DNA of 64,000 nucleotides from a virus: the IMG/VR virus record IMGVR_UViG_3300031851_000004, positions 35,271-99,270 of that record; one strand, 5' to 3'. Positions 9,552 through 19,330 of the stretch are shown piece after piece. The position numbers and the translations under genes are program-made. Under the pieces are notes generated by a model that saw only the letters and a program-made list of their open reading frames with translations, did no database searches and was not told the DNA's origin. The first letter of the stretch is position 1. Every line of letters starts with the position of its first letter.

Positions 9552-10506
9552 ATACTCAGATATATGCTTAATACCTAATTACAGTGAGGTTCATAGTAGA
9601 GCTGACTGCGATACTTCCATAGATTTATTTGGTAAAAAATATTTACTACCAATTATCCCTGCAAATATGAAATCGGTAATAGATATGAACATTTCTAAGT
9701 GGATGAGTTCTCATGGTTATTTTTATATTATGCATAGATTTGATAGCAACTTGTCGGACGATGTAGCCTTAGCAAATTCTGAAGGCTGGGATACAATATC
9801 TTTTAGTGTTGGTGTAAAACTCAAAGATAAGCTTGAAATAACCAAAATCTCAAAGTGTTCTAATTTAAGAGTTGACTTTATCACTATAGATATAGCTCAT
9901 GGTTATTGTCAAAGAATGAAAGGGATGATTAATCACATAAAAAAACATTTACCTAAGACAAGAATTATTGCTGGTAATGTGGCTAGCTCATGTGCGGTTA
10001 AAGAGTTGGCTAATTGGGGGGCAGACATAGTTAAAGTCGGAATAGGTCAGGGCTCTCCATGTACTACTAAAGATAAAACTGGATTTACTATGCCTATGTT
10101 TACATGCGTTCAAGAATGCTCTAATGTTATATCAGATAATAGAACATTTGTTCCAATAATTGCTGATGGAGGAATAAAATGCAACGGAGATATAGCAAAG
10201 TCTCTAGTTGCTGGAGCTAGGATGGCTATGGCTGGAGGTTTATTTGCCGCTTGTACAGATAGCCCAGCAGTTACAAGTACTATTAATGATGTCCCTCACA
10301 AAGCATACTTTGGTTCTGCGAGTGCAGAAAACAAAGGTCACAGTAATAATATAGAAGGAAGATTAACAAACATTACTTGCAATAGCATGACTATAGGCGA
10401 AAAGTTTGGCGAAATAACTCAAGACTTACAAAGTTCCATAAGTTATGCTGGTGGAAGCTCTTTGAAATCATTAAAAGAAGGGGTTAAATACAGAGAAATA
10501 TTATGA
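9538..10506 (+). CDS. guaC: GMP reductase
   Basis: PANM, YIMHRF, DIAHG, IAGNV, KVGIGQGSPCTTK and IIADGGI motifs; no CBS domains. Confidence 0.9.
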   Translation: MKALKYSDICLIPNYSEVHSRADCDTSIDLFGKKYLLPIIPANMKSVIDMNISKWMSSHGYFYIMHRFDSNLSDDVALANSEGWDTISFSVGVKLKDKLEITKISKCSNLRVDFITIDIAHGYCQRMKGMINHIKKHLPKTRIIAGNVASSCAVKELANWGADIVKVGIGQGSPCTTKDKTGFTMPMFTCVQECSNVISDNRTFVPIIADGGIKCNGDIAKSLVAGARMAMAGGLFAACTDSPAVTSTINDVPHKAYFGSASAENKGHSNNIEGRLTNITCNSMTIGEKFGEITQDLQSSISYAGGSSLKSLKEGVKYREIL

Positions 10507-10676
10507 ATAAGCAAAAAGTATCACAAATAAAAAAGATAATTAACTACGACCCTTCTATAAAAGAACATAAAAGGATGCTAAGAAGACTTAAAAAAGAATA
10601 TCAAAAACTTCCTAAAGGAAGCAAGGTTAATTTAATAGAAGACTTAAAGAAAACTTTTAAAACAGAAGATGAATGA
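10503..10676 (+). CDS. small basic hypothetical protein, 57 aa
   Basis: ORF MNKQKVSQIKK...TEDE overlaps guaC stop and next start; below ORF-track cutoff. Confidence 0.55.
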   Translation: MNKQKVSQIKKIINYDPSIKEHKRMLRRLKKEYQKLPKGSKVNLIEDLKKTFKTEDE

Positions 10677-11310
10677 AGAATTATTAAGATTTAAAAAGAA
10701 TCAAAAGTATTTAATATTTGATTATGAAACATGTAATTTGAACCTTAATCATTACAGTAATAAGCCTTGGCAGTTAGGGTTCATTATTGCAAAGGGCAGT
10801 AAGGTAATAAACAAGTATGATTTCTACTTAAGTTGGGATGATTTAAAAATGTCTAAAGAAGCAGAAAGAATAACTCAATTTTCTAAATCCAAATACGACA
10901 AACTAAAGCAAGACTCAAAAAAATGTTTAAATGAATTTGAAAAATATTTATATGATGAAGAGTATTTAATTGTAGGCCACAATATTCTTGGGTTTGATGT
11001 TTATATGCATAACATACATAGAGCGTTGCTTGGGTTAAAATCAGACTACTCTTATATAAATAGAATTTTAGATACTAATTGTTTGGCTAGAGGCATAAAA
11101 AATGATATTGCTTTCTCTAAAAACGACAGTATAATAAGCTATCAATACAAACTTCATCACTTGAGAACTAGAGGTATAAAAACTAATTTAAAACAACTTT
11201 GCAAAGATTACTCGTTAGAGTTTGATGATAAAAAACTTCACGAAGCTCTTTATGATGTTGAAAAAACTTTTGAAGTATTGAATAAGATATTATGGCAGCT
11301 AGAGATTTAA
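10669..11310 (+). CDS. DEDDh 3'-5' exonuclease (Pol III epsilon-like)
   Basis: FDYET, GHNILGFD, LDT and HEALYDV motifs. Confidence 0.88.
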   Translation: MNEELLRFKKNQKYLIFDYETCNLNLNHYSNKPWQLGFIIAKGSKVINKYDFYLSWDDLKMSKEAERITQFSKSKYDKLKQDSKKCLNEFEKYLYDEEYLIVGHNILGFDVYMHNIHRALLGLKSDYSYINRILDTNCLARGIKNDIAFSKNDSIISYQYKLHHLRTRGIKTNLKQLCKDYSLEFDDKKLHEALYDVEKTFEVLNKILWQLEI

Positions 11311-13859
11311 ACAATAAATTTTACGAAAACTTCTCTTCGTATGAAGGTTGTATTCCTCCAGGAGTTAGATTGCCAGAAATCATAATAGATGATAAGTACT
11401 ATAATGATTTAAAAATAAAACCTAAATCAATATCCAACTTCAATTTTTTAAAAAAAATATGTACAGAAGGTTTTAAGTTAAAAAATATAGATGAAAATAA
11501 TAATATTTATTTAAATAGGCTAAACTCAGAGCTTAATACGTTAAAATCTCTTGGTTTTATAGATTACATCTTACTCAACTGGGATATAATAAATTATTGT
11601 CATATTGAGGGTATTCCAACAGGCCCTGGAAGGGGCTCCGCAGCAGGCTCTCTAGTTTTATTCTTAATAGGTGTAACAAAAGTAGACCCAATTAAGTATG
11701 AACTTTTCTTTGAAAGGTTTGTCTCAAAAAGCAGGGCAAAAAAGACAGAAAAAGATGGAATTGTTTATTTGGATGGAAGCTTGCTGGCTGATATAGATAA
11801 TGACATTGCTTATGAGCATAGGCAAAAAGTTATTGAATATATAGAAAAAAAATACCCATCAAGAACTGCTAAAATTTTAACACTTAATACTCTTAGCGGA
11901 AAGCTTTGCGTTAAAGAATGCGGGAAAATTGCTGGGCAAATGTCTGAACAAGAGGTTAATGTAATTAGCGACATGATCCCTAAAGAGTATGGAGTAGTAA
12001 TGAAGCTAGGTAAAGCGATTAACGAAAGTGAAAAATTTAAAGAATTCTCTCAGAAAAATGAAGCAATATACGATATTTGTTTAAAGATAGAAGGTTTAAA
12101 GAAAAACGTGGGAGTGCATCCTTCTGGAATAGCTATATCCTATGATAAGATTTCGGAAATATGTCCGTTACAAAAAACGAATGATGGCTCCCTCGTTAGC
12201 GGTTATGACATGAATTGGGTCTCTGAGTTAATGGTGAAGTTTGATATATTAGGCTTACGTACTTTATCCGCAATTCATCACACTTGCCGATCTATAAACA
12301 TAGAACCTGGCGATATAGACTTATCTTCCGATAAAATATTTGCTCACTTATCTAAGTTAGAAAATCCTCATGGATTGTTTCAGATAGAAGCTAGTGCAAA
12401 CTATATGGTTTGTAAAAAAATAAAACCAAGGAGCTTGGAAGAGCTTAGCGCTGTAATTGCTATAGCGAGACCAGGAGCTATGGATTTTGTTGACCATTAC
12501 CAGAGATATGTAGAGACTGGTAACTCACAAAGTATTCATCCCTTCTTTGATGATGTTCTGGGCTATACAGGAGGAATACCTCTATACCAAGAGCAGTTGA
12601 TGAAAATGGCTGTAAAAGTCGGCTTCAGTCTGGAAGAGTCAGAAGAATTGAGGCGTATAGTTGGAAAGAAAAAGGTAGATCAAATGCCTAAATGGAAGAA
12701 AAAGATAGATAAAAAAGTAAAAGAAAAAAATCTTGATCAATCTGTGTCTGATATTTTATGGAAGGTAGCTGAAGATAGTGCTAACTATTCATTTAATAAA
12801 AGCCACTCAATATCTTATTCTTTTTTGGCGGCTTGGACTTGTTATTTAAAATTTAATTTCCCACAAGAGTTCTTTTTAAGCTTACTTAGGATGACTAAAT
12901 ACGAACCCAGTCCTCAAGAAGAGATAAGTAAAATAAGCCAAGAGTTATCCTTCTTTGGGATAGAGTTGCTTCCTCCAGATCTAGCTTTATCGGACATGGA
13001 CTTCTCTAAAGAGGGAAAAAACATTAGGTTTGGGCTGAATAGTATAAAAGGCATAAGTGAGAAATCTTTATCTTATTTGAAAGACTTTAGATCATCAAAT
13101 CAACCTAATAAATATGAAACTTTTATGTCGGCAAAAGATTCTGGTTTAAATATAGGAGTTCTTTCTGCGTTGATACAAGCAGGAGCTTTGTCTTCTTTTA
13201 AAACCAATAGACCTAGGTTAGTTCTTGAAGCACAGGTTTTTAACCTTTTAACCGACAGAGAAAAAAGAAATTTCACTTCGATTGGCGATGAGTATAGTTT
13301 TGATATATTAAGCTCTATTGATGTTGCCGTAAAAAATCAAAAGGTAGGTGATGACGGCAAACCTATAATTAAACCTTCAAGATTTGAGACTTTGAAGAAA
13401 AAATACCAGTCTTACAAAAAAATATATGAGCAAAATAAAAAATATGAAGACTTTGCTAATTGGTATTTTGAAAAATCTTTACTTGGATTTAGTTATAGTA
13501 ATGAGTTAAGAAACTGTTTTGGTAATAATAAAAATTTAAAAAATTCGCTAGATGTTTACTCGGCAAGCAAGGGTGATAAGATAAAATGTATAGCTGTTGT
13601 TGAAGATTCCTTTTCTAGAAAAAGTAAAAATGGAAATGATTACTTAAAACTAACATTAAGTGATGAATTCGGGAGGTATGATGCTATATTGGTTGACGGT
13701 AGGTTTAAAAATTTTACTAAATTTAAAAATAAATCTAAGATGCCAGAAAAAACAAGTATAGTTATATTTTTAGGCTCAAAAGGAGAAGATATTATCTTCT
13801 TAGAAGAACTTTCTATTGTCGATGAAAAAATTTATATGAAACTGTCCGATTTAAGATAA
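11292..13859 (+). CDS. dnaE: DNA polymerase III alpha catalytic subunit lacking the PHP domain
   Basis: GPGRGSAAGS, FFERF, DIDND, HPSG, KFDILGL, YQEQ and FNKSH motifs; C-terminal OB fold. Confidence 0.93.
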   Translation: MAARDLNNKFYENFSSYEGCIPPGVRLPEIIIDDKYYNDLKIKPKSISNFNFLKKICTEGFKLKNIDENNNIYLNRLNSELNTLKSLGFIDYILLNWDIINYCHIEGIPTGPGRGSAAGSLVLFLIGVTKVDPIKYELFFERFVSKSRAKKTEKDGIVYLDGSLLADIDNDIAYEHRQKVIEYIEKKYPSRTAKILTLNTLSGKLCVKECGKIAGQMSEQEVNVISDMIPKEYGVVMKLGKAINESEKFKEFSQKNEAIYDICLKIEGLKKNVGVHPSGIAISYDKISEICPLQKTNDGSLVSGYDMNWVSELMVKFDILGLRTLSAIHHTCRSINIEPGDIDLSSDKIFAHLSKLENPHGLFQIEASANYMVCKKIKPRSLEELSAVIAIARPGAMDFVDHYQRYVETGNSQSIHPFFDDVLGYTGGIPLYQEQLMKMAVKVGFSLEESEELRRIVGKKKVDQMPKWKKKIDKKVKEKNLDQSVSDILWKVAEDSANYSFNKSHSISYSFLAAWTCYLKFNFPQEFFLSLLRMTKYEPSPQEEISKISQELSFFGIELLPPDLALSDMDFSKEGKNIRFGLNSIKGISEKSLSYLKDFRSSNQPNKYETFMSAKDSGLNIGVLSALIQAGALSSFKTNRPRLVLEAQVFNLLTDREKRNFTSIGDEYSFDILSSIDVAVKNQKVGDDGKPIIKPSRFETLKKKYQSYKKIYEQNKKYEDFANWYFEKSLLGFSYSNELRNCFGNNKNLKNSLDVYSASKGDKIKCIAVVEDSFSRKSKNGNDYLKLTLSDEFGRYDAILVDGRFKNFTKFKNKSKMPEKTSIVIFLGSKGEDIIFLEELSIVDEKIYMKLSDLR

Positions 13860-16271
13860 ATGAATAAATTCAACTTAACCCCTAGGGTTCAAAAAATAAT
13901 CAACCTGTCCAGAGAAACTTCTCTGAATTTAAACTCAACAAATATTTGTTTAAACCATCTCCTTCATTCTATTTTGGATACGGATCAATCAACTATACTT
14001 AACTTTTTTCAAGATTTAAATATACCACTAGAAGATTTTAAAATTTTTGTATACAACGAAATTGATAATGATTTCGAAGACACCGCTGCTGCAGATAAAA
14101 AACCTTCTGTTTTTTGTTCTGACTTTAAGGAGGTTTTTACTTCAGCTAAGGATTTCTCTGAAGAGTTAGATCACAACTATATAGGGGTTGAACATTTATT
14201 TTATGTCCTACTTACCTTTGATGCTTCTCCTCTACCTGGCTTCTTAAAAACTTTTGATGTTGACCTAAAGAAAGCGATTAAAAAGTTGAGGAATTTTTTC
14301 TCCACTGGGGAGTGGAAACAGAACAGGATTCCTAAAAACTTCGAATCCACCCCTCAAACAAAAGACCCATCCAGTTCAACAAATTTAGAACTTTATGCTA
14401 AAAATTATAATATATTAGCACAACAAGGTGCTTTTGATAAAGTAATAAGTAAGGAACAAGAGATAGAAAAAATATCTGAAATATTATGCAGAAGAAATAA
14501 AAATAATCCCATATTAGTAGGACCTCCAGGTACTGGAAAAACTTCTCTTGTAGAGGGGCTTGCTCAATCAATAGTAAATGGAAGTTGTACTAATTTTTTG
14601 GGAAATAAAACCATTTACGAAATTGATCTTGCTGGAATAATAGCTGGGACAAAATATCGTGGTCAATTTGAAGAAAGAATAAAAGGTATTATCCAAGAGG
14701 TCGAATCAAACCAGAATATTATTTTATTTATAGATGAAATACATACAATAATAGGTGCTGGTGCTGCTGAAGGAAGTATGGATGCTGCAAATATACTTAA
14801 ACCAGCTTTAGCTAGAAGCAGAATAAAGTGCATTGGAGCTACCACCCCTAAAGAATACAAAAAATTTACTACAAAAGACTCTGCCTTAGAAAGAAGGTTT
14901 GAAAGAATAGAGATAAACCAGCCATCACAGACTCAAACATACAAAATTATTAATGGAATCATCGAGCAATATGAAAAATTCCATCATGTTTCTTATAGAA
15001 AAAATTCTATAAAATTAGCTGTTGATATGTCGGTCAGATATATACCAGATAGACAGCTCCCAGATAAAGCTATAGATATAATAGATCAAGCGGGAGCAAA
15101 AGTTAAAATGAAAAACTTCACAAAACCTCAGTCGGCAAAAGATCTAGAGGAACAAATAGAGTTGTTGATGCTGGAGGAGGATAATGCAGAAAGTACTGAT
15201 AATAAATTTGCAATGAAGCAGGATAAGTTGATAGAGAAATATAAATCTGTTTTAGATAAATGGGCTAGTAAATACGAAAAAACAAGATTCTTTGTTACTA
15301 AAGAGGATATCTTTGATGTGATCTCTTCTAGAACTGGAATCCCCGTAGGAAACTTAACCCAAAAAGACTCTGAAAAACTCATAAATTTAAGCAAATCTTT
15401 AAACAAAACAGTCTTCTCTCAGGAAGAAGCTGTGCTAACAATTTCAGATTGCTTAATTAGATCAAAAAGTGGTCTTTCTGATGAGAATAAACCAATGGGT
15501 TCCTTTTTGTTTTTGGGTCGAACAGGTGTAGGTAAAACATATTTAGCAAAAACAATCGCTAAAGAATATTTTGGGAGCGAAGATAATTTAATACATATAG
15601 ATATGTCAGAATACTCTGAAAAGATAAACATATCAAGGCTCATAGGGTCAGCTCCTGGATACGTTGGTTACGATGATGGAGGGCAACTTACAGACAAGAT
15701 AAAATTAAAACCTTACTCAGTTTTATTATTTGATGAGGTTGAAAAAGCTCACCCTGAAGTTTTAAATATATTGCTTCAGTTGCTTGAAGAAGGTAGGTTG
15801 ACTGACAACTTCGGAAGGCTATCTGATTTTAGTAATTGTATAGTTATAATGACTGGAAATATTGGAGCCCTCAACTTATCAAAAGGGGGGTCCTTCGGCT
15901 TCAACCAGACCTCAAGCTCAGATGGAATAAGGTTAAAAATTAGAGAAGAGGCTGAAAAAACATTAACACCAGAGCTTATAAACCGACTAGATGAAATTGT
16001 AGTTTTTAATGATTTCGACAAAGATCAATTAAAGAATGTTTTAAAATTAAAAGTAAAAGCCTTGCAATTAAAACTAAAACAGAGTAAGATAGAATTGATT
16101 GTATCGGAAGAGGCTATGGATTACATGACAGACCTTGCTCTTAAAGAAGAATTAGGAGCCAGACCAGTAAAAAGAATATTGCAAAAAAAAGTTGAAAACA
16201 TAGCATCTAGATGGATTATAATCAATAAAACTGGCACATTAAAAATAAACAAAGAAGATATAAATGACTGA
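13860..16271 (+). CDS. clpC: ClpC/ClpA-type AAA+ unfoldase
   Basis: Clp N domain, two Walker A/B sets (GPPGTGKT, GRTGVGKT), LPDKAID, GSAPGYVG, short middle domain, FGF ClpP-docking loop. Confidence 0.9.
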   Translation: MNKFNLTPRVQKIINLSRETSLNLNSTNICLNHLLHSILDTDQSTILNFFQDLNIPLEDFKIFVYNEIDNDFEDTAAADKKPSVFCSDFKEVFTSAKDFSEELDHNYIGVEHLFYVLLTFDASPLPGFLKTFDVDLKKAIKKLRNFFSTGEWKQNRIPKNFESTPQTKDPSSSTNLELYAKNYNILAQQGAFDKVISKEQEIEKISEILCRRNKNNPILVGPPGTGKTSLVEGLAQSIVNGSCTNFLGNKTIYEIDLAGIIAGTKYRGQFEERIKGIIQEVESNQNIILFIDEIHTIIGAGAAEGSMDAANILKPALARSRIKCIGATTPKEYKKFTTKDSALERRFERIEINQPSQTQTYKIINGIIEQYEKFHHVSYRKNSIKLAVDMSVRYIPDRQLPDKAIDIIDQAGAKVKMKNFTKPQSAKDLEEQIELLMLEEDNAESTDNKFAMKQDKLIEKYKSVLDKWASKYEKTRFFVTKEDIFDVISSRTGIPVGNLTQKDSEKLINLSKSLNKTVFSQEEAVLTISDCLIRSKSGLSDENKPMGSFLFLGRTGVGKTYLAKTIAKEYFGSEDNLIHIDMSEYSEKINISRLIGSAPGYVGYDDGGQLTDKIKLKPYSVLLFDEVEKAHPEVLNILLQLLEEGRLTDNFGRLSDFSNCIVIMTGNIGALNLSKGGSFGFNQTSSSDGIRLKIREEAEKTLTPELINRLDEIVVFNDFDKDQLKNVLKLKVKALQLKLKQSKIELIVSEEAMDYMTDLALKEELGARPVKRILQKKVENIASRWIIINKTGTLKINKEDIND

Positions 16272-16791
16272 AGAAATCAAACAAAATGTAACTGAAAAGT
16301 ATCAACTATCAATTCTTAAAGACCGAATTGTTGAGTATAATAAAATTGACGATTCCTATGTAGCTAGAGAATGGGACATTCATTCAGATGTTGAGAGTCT
16401 TTGTAAATTCCTTAAAAAAAATAAGGTAACTGGCTTTTCGGAATCGAAAATAAGCACTGTAATTCAAAAAGGTAGTAATAAACTGGTTCAACTTGTGTTG
16501 GTTCCAAATTATGCGGATCCTCTGGAGGAGCTTCTTTTTAATTCTCGTAAAGAGGTAGAGGATTACATTAAATCTAAGGGCTTAAAGCCTAGCTCTAGCA
16601 TTGCTCCAGACGAATACAAAGAGCAGTTAAGTAATTTCTTCGAAGGCAAAGAGTGCTTTTTTTCTGGAGCAAAAGATTTGCGTCTTAAGTTTGAGGAGGA
16701 AGCTTCTGAAATAGAACCAGCAGAAGAAGCTCAATTTAACTTGCAAAAAAAGTACGAACATATTATACTAGATATACTTTATAACCTATAA
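16264..16791 (+). CDS. hypothetical protein
   Basis: 175-aa ORF coupled to clpC. Confidence 0.6.
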   Translation: MTEEIKQNVTEKYQLSILKDRIVEYNKIDDSYVAREWDIHSDVESLCKFLKKNKVTGFSESKISTVIQKGSNKLVQLVLVPNYADPLEELLFNSRKEVEDYIKSKGLKPSSSIAPDEYKEQLSNFFEGKECFFSGAKDLRLKFEEEASEIEPAEEAQFNLQKKYEHIILDILYNL

Positions 16792-16796
16792 TTAAA

Positions 16797-17420
16797 ATGT
16801 CACTACAAATATATAAACCTAATAGTAAAAATACTGGATCAGCTTTCACTTTCCAAAAATCAACAGACAAAAAAAGCGGTGCTCCTGTTTTTTACATCAG
16901 CGCAATATCTCAATTTTCATGGGATGATTCAAAAAAGACAGGGTCTTTTTCGGGAAATGCAAAAAACCCGCAAAAAACTATTAATGTAAAAATTAGTGAA
17001 ACTGAAGCTGGCTCTTTTGTTAGTGCCTTCAATTCTAGATATGAGTATACTGCTTTTCATTCCTTTGATGGCAACAGTACGACAATAAAATTTACTCCAT
17101 GGGATAAATCTACAAAAGTTTCTAAATACAACCCTTCCTCAAAGACGTATGAAGAGGATTTTATTAATGTTCCAGCTTTTGGAATTACCCTCTCAAAAGG
17201 AAAAGGCAACTCTATTAAAATTGCTCTGGATCCTGGAGAAGTGGAGGTCGTAAAAAACCTTTTTGAAATTTTCATAAAGAGTTCTTTGGAGAATAAAATA
17301 CAGGAAGCCGCTAATAGTTATGCGGCCTCTAGGCTCAACCCGCCAGAAGCTAAAAGCAAAAAGGAAAAAACTCCCGAAGCTTCCGAAGCTTCCGAAGAAT
17401 TTGAAGATGTACCGTTCTAA
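16797..17420 (+). CDS. putative ssDNA-binding protein, Whirly/PC4-like fold with acidic ...DVPF tail
   Basis: Repeated beta-beta-beta-alpha pattern; SSB-type C-terminus EEFEDVPF. Confidence 0.55.
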   Translation: MSLQIYKPNSKNTGSAFTFQKSTDKKSGAPVFYISAISQFSWDDSKKTGSFSGNAKNPQKTINVKISETEAGSFVSAFNSRYEYTAFHSFDGNSTTIKFTPWDKSTKVSKYNPSSKTYEEDFINVPAFGITLSKGKGNSIKIALDPGEVEVVKNLFEIFIKSSLENKIQEAANSYAASRLNPPEAKSKKEKTPEASEASEEFEDVPF

Positions 17421-19330
17421 TGGGAAAAAAGAAAGTTTTATACCATAGTAATTTTTCTAAAATTTTAAGCGGTTTTGGGAAAAATGCAAAAAATATATTA
17501 AAATATCTTCAGTCAACTGGTAAGTATGATTTAATTGAAGTTAGTAATGGTGTGTCTGAAAACCATAAAGACTTAAAAAAATTACCATGGAAAGCTATAG
17601 GTGGAGTCCCTGAAGATCAAAGTCTTGTAGACAAAATAAATAAAGATCCTAATTTAGCTCGTAGTGCCCAGTATGGTTTTCTTAATATTGATAAAATAGT
17701 AAAAGAAGAAAAGCCAGATGTTTATTTGGGTGTTGAAGATATATGGGGCATATCTCCTTTGACTAAAAAACCTTGGTGGAATAAGATAAACTGTATGGCT
17801 TGGACTACTTTAGATAGTTTGCCGATACTTGCTGACGCAGTAAAATCCGCTCCTAAAATAAAAAATTATTACGTCTGGGCTAGTTTTGCGGAAAAATCTA
17901 TGAAAAAAGATCATGGACTCGATCACATAAAAACTCTGCATGGAGCTGTCGATACTAAAAACTTTTCCAACCTAGGCGATGAAGCAAAAAGCTCGTTAAG
18001 ATCAAAGTTTAATATTGACCCTGAATCATTCATTATAGGTTTTGTTTTTAGAAATCAACTAAGAAAAAGTGTTCCAAATTTAATTGAAGGTTTTAAGCTT
18101 TTTAAAAAAGAGTTTCCTCAAAGCAAAGCCAAACTACTTCTTCATACTAATTTTTCAGAAGGTTGGAGTATACCGTCGTTAGTAGAAGAGAAGGGTATTG
18201 ACCCGTCAGACATTCTTTGTACGTACTATTGCCCTAAGTGCAAGAATTATGAAGTTAAACCCTTTTCTGGTCAAAATCTTACATGCCCATTCTGTAAATC
18301 TGAAAAATCTCAAAACACAGTTTCTATAACTGCAGGAGTAAATGAGACTCAGTTAAATGAAGTGTATAATTTAATGGATGTTTATTGTCATCCGTTTACA
18401 TCTGGAGGTCAAGAGATTCCAATTCAAGAAGCAAAACTTTGCGAGCTTATAACTTTAGTTACAAATTACTCTTGTGGCGAAGATTGTTCTACTTCTGAAA
18501 GCGGCGGGATGCCCTTAGATTGGTCTGAGTATAGAGAGCCAGGAACCCAATTCATAAAGGCTAGCACATATGCTTCTAGCATTTCCAAAAACCTTAAAAA
18601 AGTTTTTAAAATGGATTTGCTTAAAAGAAGCTCTATAGGTAAAAAAGCTAGAGATTTCGTAATAAATAATTATTCAATCGAAGTTATTGGTAAGAAGCTA
18701 GAAGACATAATAGATGCCTTCCCACAAGTTGATTATGATTTCAAATTTGAGCAAGAAAAAAGGAATGAAAATTACAATCCGCCAGAGATAAAAGATGACT
18801 CTTCATGGCTTATTGATATATATAAAGGTGTCCTTAAGGTGGATCTGGACCACAACGATGAAGGGCATAAACATTGGATGTCTTCAATTAAGAATGGTGC
18901 AAAAAGATTGGATATTTTAAATCATTTTAAATCGGTAGCTGTTGGTGAAAATTCTAAAATTGATTCTAGCAAATCTTCTGCTCCAGTTGATTTTAGTGCG
19001 ATCCTAAAAACTTCAAACAAGAAAAAAGCTTTGTTTTGCATAAACTCTGACCCAGAAGACGTCCTACTAGTGACTTCTTTGCTGGGTGATTTTAATAAAA
19101 AAAACCCAGACTTTGATATCTTTTTCGCAACAGATCCTAAGTTCTTTCAAATGGTCTCAACAAATCCTAATATATTTAAGGTAATCCCTTTTCAACCAGA
19201 GATGAACGATGAAAAAATTATGCTTGGTGCGGGGTTAGAAGATAATTACTTTGATGCTTGTTACAACTTCAACAATGTATTATCTAACTATTTAGCTATA
19301 GAAAATAAATCTTTTACTACCTATGAATAA
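17420..19330 (+). CDS. GT-B (GT4-like) glycosyltransferase with Zn-ribbon insert and extra C-terminal domains
   Basis: SGFG, RNQLRK, YNLMDVY..GGQEIPIQEA motifs; CPKC..CPFC insert. Confidence 0.8.
   Translation: MGKKKVLYHSNFSKILSGFGKNAKNILKYLQSTGKYDLIEVSNGVSENHKDLKKLPWKAIGGVPEDQSLVDKINKDPNLARSAQYGFLNIDKIVKEEKPDVYLGVEDIWGISPLTKKPWWNKINCMAWTTLDSLPILADAVKSAPKIKNYYVWASFAEKSMKKDHGLDHIKTLHGAVDTKNFSNLGDEAKSSLRSKFNIDPESFIIGFVFRNQLRKSVPNLIEGFKLFKKEFPQSKAKLLLHTNFSEGWSIPSLVEEKGIDPSDILCTYYCPKCKNYEVKPFSGQNLTCPFCKSEKSQNTVSITAGVNETQLNEVYNLMDVYCHPFTSGGQEIPIQEAKLCELITLVTNYSCGEDCSTSESGGMPLDWSEYREPGTQFIKASTYASSISKNLKKVFKMDLLKRSSIGKKARDFVINNYSIEVIGKKLEDIIDAFPQVDYDFKFEQEKRNENYNPPEIKDDSSWLIDIYKGVLKVDLDHNDEGHKHWMSSIKNGAKRLDILNHFKSVAVGENSKIDSSKSSAPVDFSAILKTSNKKKALFCINSDPEDVLLVTSLLGDFNKKNPDFDIFFATDPKFFQMVSTNPNIFKVIPFQPEMNDEKIMLGAGLEDNYFDACYNFNNVLSNYLAIENKSFTTYE

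Noticed and set aside
8808-13859. Split intein, intron or frameshifted dnaE pseudogene
   Set aside because: No intein termini or intron structure; each part is an intact ORF with catalytic motifs preserved in the polymerase.
14663-16021. Minus-strand ORFs within clpC, and similar ones within other long genes
   Set aside because: Ser/Phe/Leu-rich antisense shadows with no motifs or promoters.
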